Shown here piece by piece: positions 57,032-64,000 of a DNA stretch of 64,000 nucleotides (position 1 is its first letter; each line of letters opens with the position of its first letter). The position numbers and the translations under genes are program-made. The DNA is taken from assembly GCA_047967505.1 (NCBI GenBank), contig CM106538.1, one strand, 5' to 3'. The notes under the pieces were generated by a model that saw only the letters and a program-made list of their open reading frames with translations, was not told where the DNA came from and made no database searches. This stretch comes from Dipteris shenzhenensis (lineage: Eukaryota).

Positions 57032-57511
57032 TGCAATTTTAGCACCAATTTTGGGATGTAAGCTGCATAATCATGTCGAAAAAAAGTTGTCAATTCTTGC
57101 ATTAAATGTAGGGTGGTGAATATATCCTATTCCGTCATGGGGCCGGAGAAGACGGAGGCAAAAAATTGAACCTCCAAAAAGACTTCTTTTACCGGTCTAT
57201 GGGGATCGGCTCTTACTAGTGTTGAGAGTGGACAAGACAGCTACCATTGGTGTGATACGGGAATCTCCTAGTCTGCAATTTTAGCACCAAGTTTGAGATG
57301 TAAACTACATAGTCAAGTCCAAAAAAGTTGTGTCAATTCTTGCATTAAATGTAGGGTGATGAATATATCCTATTTTATCATGGGGCCTGTAGAAGACGGA
57401 GGGAAAAAATTGAACCTTCAAAAGACTTCTTTTACCGGTCTATGGGGCCTAGCTCTTACTAGCATTGAGAGTGGACAAGATAGCTACCACTGGTGTGATA
57501 TGGGAATCTCC
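57032..57511. repeat. Tandem duplication, ~240 bp, 2 copies
   Basis: TGCAATTTTAGCACCAA...GGGAATCTCC at 57032 and 57274. Confidence 0.9.
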
Positions 57512-57649
57512 AAGTCTCAAGTTTTGGGGTACATGAAATTAGATCATGCTAACGGTAACTCTAAGAGGTTCCAAAGGCAGGCAACATTCTTCATCATAGC
57601 TAACTCAAATGCAAGGCAGTGAAAATGCCAGGAGAGTTGCTAGGTAGCA

Positions 57650-58560
57650 TTGATTTTGGGAAGGGATATGATGATACTTTGTTGTGTTATGTAGGATATT
57701 AATTTCCATTAAATTTGGGACATGTTAGATATAACTTCATAAAATCCTAAGTCATGAAATTAATACATTACAAGTTCAAGCATAAATAATAGTAGTGAAG
57801 TTAATGCATTAAATATTCAAGCCTAAAGAAGAATTAATCAAGACCTAATGCACCGTACCAGAGACTTTGGCCTTACCCTCATTCCATAGACTTGCCAACA
57901 TAAGGCCAAAATTTTCATTCTTAAGAATATGTGGAAAGACCTTACATTTGGCCCACTTTTGGCGAAAAAATTTCATTCTAAAGAATAGGTGGAGTGAAAT
58001 TGTGTTTGATAAATACAAATCAATGCTCAAGTTTGGACATAAATAAAGGTATCCTTTTGAAGATATTGGAACACATGAGAGAAATAATATTGAAGATACA
58101 TGAATTTTTAGACATACTATTAAAGACAAATGAACATATAATGGATGAAATCCTATTGATGATACATGAATTTTCAATAGAACTGTTATTCAAAGATTTG
58201 ATGGATTGAATGTAGCTTTAATACATTATCCCTTTTACAAGGGTGTTTGATTTTGAGGCTTGAAACATAAGAATGAATCTGAGTTGAAGCCTAGTGGTTT
58301 GTTAAGGATATGTGAAACTTAAAGTAAAAGTACTTAAAATGGAAGGGATTATATCAAGATCCTATTAAGAACATGTGAACATATAGTAGAATAATTGTAC
58401 ATAAAATCAGTGGATCAAACTTAATGGCTCAAAAGCAAAAAAGGATGATGGTGCAACCTAGGGGCTACTCTACGGCACTATGGCAGCAATCTTTGTAGTT
58501 ACTATCAAAGATTTTTGAGAGTCAGAGGATAGTGGATGTAGACTACAAAATCATCACTTT
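57650..58560 (+). pseudogene. Heavily decayed hAT-like transposase remnant
   Basis: WPYPHSIDL (cf. WxPCAAHCIDL), VIQRFDGLNVAL and a degenerate W-W...G motif in the expected order; many stops. Confidence 0.4.
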
Positions 58561-58742
58561 GAATAAATTTGGCAAGATTCTTCTGATAGAAGAAATTATT
58601 TCTATTGCACTAACGATGAAAGAAAATTATCAAAAGGTTGATACAAGGCTCAAAATCACACTGGTGCTACTAGGCTTAATAGTCATAGGCTAGTAGTAGT
58701 ACTAGTGTATTTACTAAGTAGTGTGCGTGCCTCTCCTCATTA

Positions 58743-59340
58743 AAATTCATAGTCTTCAAAAATATATAATACATAAGTCAAAATATTCTAATTAGTTTTA
58801 TCATCCTAATGTTGAAACTGACTTAAATTCATAGTCTTCAAAAAGGTATAATACATAAGTCAAAATATTCCAATTAGTTTTATTGTCCTCATGTTGAAAC
58901 TGACTTTCTCTTCCTTCGTCTCCTATGAGCTTGAAACCTTTAATCCATTAATCTCTCAAATAGTAAGAATGGTCTTGTATTAAGAGGCGATGATATCTAA
59001 AGTGATCTACAAATACTAAGAATGGTCTTATATTAAGAGGTGATGATATCTCAAGTGTTATACAAACCGTAAGAATGGTTTTGTATTAAAAGGTGATGAT
59101 ATCTCAAGTGTTCTACAAATAGTAAGAATGGTTCAAGTGTTCTACAAAAGTATTAGGTACCTCTTAGTGGCTAAAGGGAAGGAGTGATGATATCTCAAGT
59201 GTTCTACAAATAGTAAGAATGGTCTTGTATTAAGAGGTGATGATATCTCAAGTGTTCTACAAATAGTAATAATGGTTTTGTATTAGGAGGTGATGATATC
59301 TCAAGTGTTCTATAAAACTATTAGATACCTCTTAATGGTT
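58743..59340. repeat. 82-bp duplication (58743-58906) and 53-bp minisatellite (about 6 units, 58957-59340)
   Basis: Unit CAAATAGTAAGAATGGTCTTGTATTAAGAGGTGATGATATCTCAAGTGTTCTA. Confidence 0.9.
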
Positions 59341-61731
59341 GAAGGGAAGGGGTTGGAAGTATGGACAAAATCTCTAGGAACTACAGGATGGTTGTAAGAA
59401 CAATTTTAAATGTCATAAATGACACTTGGGTTTTTCAACATATGGGTGAACTATTTTTAAACATTTTCTTTCATGGTTGATAACACTTTTAATAAGAAGA
59501 ACCATTTTGAATGTTATAAGTGTTGATGCAATCCCATGCTATGAAGTCTACAGACAGTTTTTTTTCCCCGCACATGGGTGAAGTGATGTTTACGTTACTA
59601 AGTTCAACATATCAAGCAACATATTTGTTTTGATTATTGAAGCAGTTTGATAATAAGACCCATTTCAAATGCAAAAGATTTGTTGTATCAGTAATGGAAT
59701 CCGCTTTGGAGTGGAAATTCGGTTTCTTTCAAACCCACATATTATTGTTGCATAATGTGAGTATGGCTCCAATTGGAAGTTAAGGTAGACTATAATTCGC
59801 AATATTGGTATAGTTACACATAGTAACATAAGTTTTATTTTCAACAATCTTCCCAAATAGTGGTTTCCACAAAGCTATGTTGAGTACCTCGATAAGGAAA
59901 TTGTAGAAAAGCTCGCTCGCTTTTTTGGGCCCGCTCGCTTTTCCTTGCTCGCTCTATCGACTGCCTCGAAGAAGTACAAAAATTTCATCAAGAATGCCAC
60001 TCTCTTTTTCTCTTATTTCCTTGTTCTTGGTTTCTATGGTTTTGGTAAATCATGACTTTGTGAGCTTGCCTAATTCCAAGATCAAGGCTATTTAATTTGT
60101 AAGTAATAGAGGGGACGGAGAATACTATTTTAAATTAGGAAACTTGTGAAGTGGATTTGAAAAGTATTCTCATTGAAAGGAAAGACCACAACTGTTGAAT
60201 CTATCCTTTGTAAAGAGTTATAGAGCACTAGTTGTCATAGCACAAAATTCAATGAAATAAAAGGTGTAATATGCCATACCCTTCTCAAGTTCATTTCCTA
60301 GATGTCATGTGAATCAAATGGAGCATGGCTTTTCCAAGCAACCTGAGCAATTAGGGACGCATGGCTTGATCCATTAGTAGCAAAACCAAAGAGCCTAAAT
60401 TTAAAGAGTTCCTTGACTTTAAGGCTGGTCCATCCACATAAATAGAAAAGCCACGCCAATATCGGGCTACTTGGCCATTATGGTGATATTTGAGCAAACA
60501 AGCGCTCCTAAAAATTCTATCGTGGCATGATAATTGATGCAATTGGTGAGATACTATATACTAATCCACTTAAACGTGTTGTGATCCCACAAGAAAGACT
60601 AGGCACACATCCCCTGCTCATTTGGCCTATGAGATAACCTAGGGGACAACTTGATTCACAAAAGGGTAGCTATTTATCTAGATGTTTAGACCGTGGGAGC
60701 CTTAATGTACCTTGCTAGATGCTATCACCAATATCATGTCTCCAAATCGGAATTAGTTGTTGCGATAATAAGCCAAAATCTTGTATCTTTAACAAGAAAC
60801 TAAGAAAAACGAATTTGTAGTGAACATTCCCTCAAGCAATACTCCCTTGTGCTCTATGAGATATCTAGAGATTATTTCTCATGACTTAGGGGTGTATGTT
60901 TTAAGAATCCACTTATAATACAAGTTTTCACATTTCATCTTGACAGATTCAAGTTTGAGTCCTCCCTAATCATTAGGCATAGCTAGGCCCAAATCCCAAG
61001 AGAACAAAAGACACTACGCTTTCGAAAGAAATTCTCGAGCCAATCTATCTATAGAGGTGAAGCAATTCTGGAAGAAAGGGAAAATGCTAGAAACATTTAC
61101 ACTATCATAGAGGACAAATTATGCTTCAATACACTAACTCTACCCACCAAAGATAGCATTTTTTCTTTTCGTTTATGAAACTTAGTCTCTATCTCCTGCA
61201 TACATCATTACATTCATTGCTTCATACTAATACCAATCCCTAGTGGGAAACCAAGGAGTTTGTAGATTGTTTCCATTGGGATTTGATGGAAGCCATATGT
61301 TAAAATTGACTTAGAAATGCTGTCCCACCCCAAATGAAGAATTGTAGTTTTATTTTTGTTAATGTGGACATCTAAAAGTGCACTAAAAGTGCGGAAAACT
61401 CTAAAAATTCATATGAACTCATGCACATTGTCAAGATTTGCAAATTCTAATAAACTAGAGTTATCATCCACAAAACATTGAGATGCGAATTGTGAATCAT
61501 GAGGTAGTTTTGGATGTCATAATGAGCACACTGACAAAGGATAATATATTTATCAAAGAAGTGGCCCCGTGACCAATGCAAAACTTAGAAGTGGTGCAAG
61601 TGAGCAGCCTTGGCCCAAACTGATCACCACAATAAGAATTGATGGTAGAGAAATAGTTCTTGATGGAAATGATAGCAGATGAATTAGTGAAAATATTAGC
61701 TATCATCGTACAAAATCCATCAACAAAACCT

Positions 61732-63490
61732 TGACAAAATATGAAGAGGGGAGAGGAGAAGAGTGGAGATGAGGAGAGAGGGCACAACTAGAGAGCACAC
61801 CACAAATGACTAACTGTACTCTAGATTTAGTTGAAAAAATTTATTATATACAAACCCTTTTAGGGTTAGGGTTAGGGGATCTAACCCTTTCCTTTATAGC
61901 ACTCTATAAGGTTAGTGCTATGCACATATGATCACATGATGGTGCTATGCACACATGATCACATGATGTTGAGCGTGAACTCTCAACACCTTCCCTCAAG
62001 ATCAACATCATGAAGTAGGCCTTCCCTCAAGATGATGATTCTGGGGAATCAAAGAAGGACTGAGCATTACATTCCATCACACCCCTTTAATGGGAATGTC
62101 CTTCCTCTGCATCAAACCAAGAGCTAGTCAGTGTTTCTCGAATAGCTCTTTACCGAGTGGTTTGGTAAAAATGTCTGCAACATTTTCTTTGCTATCACAA
62201 TGCTACAATATGATGTCACTAAGTAACACTCTTTCTCTGATGAAGTGCTCTCTGACATCAATGTGCTTTGTTCTGGGGTGATATATTGGATTTTTGGCCA
62301 ATGCTTGAGCCGATTGATTATCACAGTATATTGTTGTTGGCTTTGACTCATCAAAGTAATCTGTTTTTGACAATAGTCTTCTGCGCCATATAGCCTCACA
62401 TGCACCTATAGTGAGTGCCCTATATTCTGCTTCAGTTGAAGACAAAGAAATAGTTGGCTGTTTCTTTGACAACCATCATATAGCACCTTGATCAAGGTAA
62501 AATGCATATCCCTATGTCGATCTCCTGGTCTCATGATCTCCGGCATAGTCACTGTCACAGTATCCATGCAACCGTGGATGACTTCCTCTATATTCTATCC
62601 CAAACTATCTTGTTCCTCTAATGTATCTCAAGACTCTTTTGGCTGCATTCTAGTGAGATTGTTTTGGATTTGCCATAAACTGTGCTAGTGAGCTTACTGC
62701 ATAACAAATATCTGGCCGTGTGATTGTCAGATATATAAGAGATCCGATGAATTGCCTGTAGTATCTGTCATTGACTGTAGGCTTTTCTGAATCTTTAGTA
62801 AGTTTCAAACTCTGTTCCATGGGAGTGGCTGCAATCTTGCAATCTACCATATGAAACTTCTTCAGGAGACTATCAACATACTTGAGTTGACTCATGAATG
62901 TGCTATCTGAATCTCTCCAGAACTCAATTCCAAGACAATAGTGCATAAGTCCAAGATCTTTCATGTCGAACTCTGTAGATAAGTCTTGTTTTAGTTTTCT
63001 GATGAAGCTATCCTTGCTTCCTGTCACAATCAGATCATCTACGTACAAAAGTGCAATATAAATGTCTTCCCCTTGAACTTTGTAGTAGAGAGTATGATCT
63101 GCATTGGACTTCATGTACCCCAGATTAGCAAAATACTTGTCAATTCTACTGTACCAACTTCTGGGTGCTTGCTTTAAGCCATAGAGACTTTTCTTGAGAT
63201 GGCAAACCTTTTTCTCCTTTCCTGGTTCAACATAACCTACGGGTTGTTGCATGTAGACTTCCTCGTCTAGATAACCATTGAGAAATCCATTCTTGACATC
63301 GAGCTGATACACATTCCATTTACTGAGTGTCGCTAGTGATATCAAGAACCGTATGGAATCCATCTTTGCTACTGGAGCATAAGTCTCATCATAGTCTTGA
63401 CCATATTGTTGTGCAAATCCTTTTGCAACTAATCTGGTTTTGTATCTCTGAATACTGCCATGTGGATTGTACTTCAGTTCGTATACCCAT
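61732..63490 (-). mobile_element. Copia family A, 3' half of copy A1 (RT, RNase H, 3' LTR 61732-62079)
   Basis: Starts at ATGGG-TATAC (W-V-Y), exactly where A1 stops at 7023; flank AACCT (61727-61731) is the reverse complement of AGGTT. Confidence 0.93.
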
Positions 63491-64000
63491 TGTGAAGATA
63501 GTGGGAGAGAGGGAAGGAGTCTCACTTGCGGCTTTCTCACAATCACAAATGGGGGAATACACACAAAGGTGGAGGCTGAAAATAGTTTTCCTCTTCTTAG
63601 TTGTGATAGCCAAAAGAACTCAAGTAAAAAGAAATAGAAGAACCCTATATGTGGGTCTCAAAACTAAACTCAACTAACTAAGGTGGCATACTAACTGAGC
63701 CACGAACTAGTGTAGATAAGGATAGCTGTCATCCAGCTATTATTCGTGGGCGGTGTACCAACCGCATCTCCAGCTAACAAGTCGGTGACATAAGTATACA
63801 ACGGTCACCCTGGCATATCTCGAGTGGAGCTCGATATCTCAACACTCCCCCTCGAGCTCAATCCCAGATCTTGCACACCAAGCAGGTCTCTGAACTTGTG
63901 CAGTTTCTCTGCGCCCAATGCTTTCGTGAATATGTCAGCTACCTGATCCTCTATGCTGACATAAACTAGATCAATAAGACCTAGTAAAACCTTCTCCCGC
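63491..64000 (-). mobile_element. Copia family B 3' LTR (63491-63844), PPT and RNase H end; continues beyond the window
   Basis: Minus strand reads REKVLLGLIDLVYVSIEDQVADIFTKALG; PPT GAGGGGGAG lies immediately before TGTTGAG. Confidence 0.95.

Noticed and set aside
58957-59340. CRISPR-like array
   Set aside because: Head-to-tail minisatellite without unique spacers, no cas genes, eukaryotic context.
60000-61730. Possible LINE RT remnant (KIDLE near 61303)
   Set aside because: Single weak motif with no consistent motif order.

Overview
This is a land-plant nuclear, transposon-dominated window; the PLS-type PPR remnant and the TE mix suggest a fern, which is an inference. One gene looks intact: a secreted MiAMP1-like Cys-rich peptide (21866-22186, minus strand). 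The rest is mostly TE sequence: three decayed insertions of one Ty1/copia family (family A), two further LTR families nested inside them, Ty3/gypsy remnants, a solo LTR, a Helentron/Helitron2-type Rep-helicase pseudogene fused to a UGT fragment, PPR and other gene fragments, a probable hAT remnant and a 5 kb satellite built from nested palindromes. Main observations: (1) the elements at the two ends of the window are the two halves of one insertion, shown by matching TSDs AGGTT and ATGGG, and are split by an inversion of more than 56 kb; (2) family A integrates with two different LTR lengths from two alternative polypurine tracts, each supported by a TSD; (3) the satellite's palindrome loop occurs in both orientations; (4) the peptide lacks exactly one MiAMP1 disulfide pair. 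All alignments were done by eye and no database searches were run.
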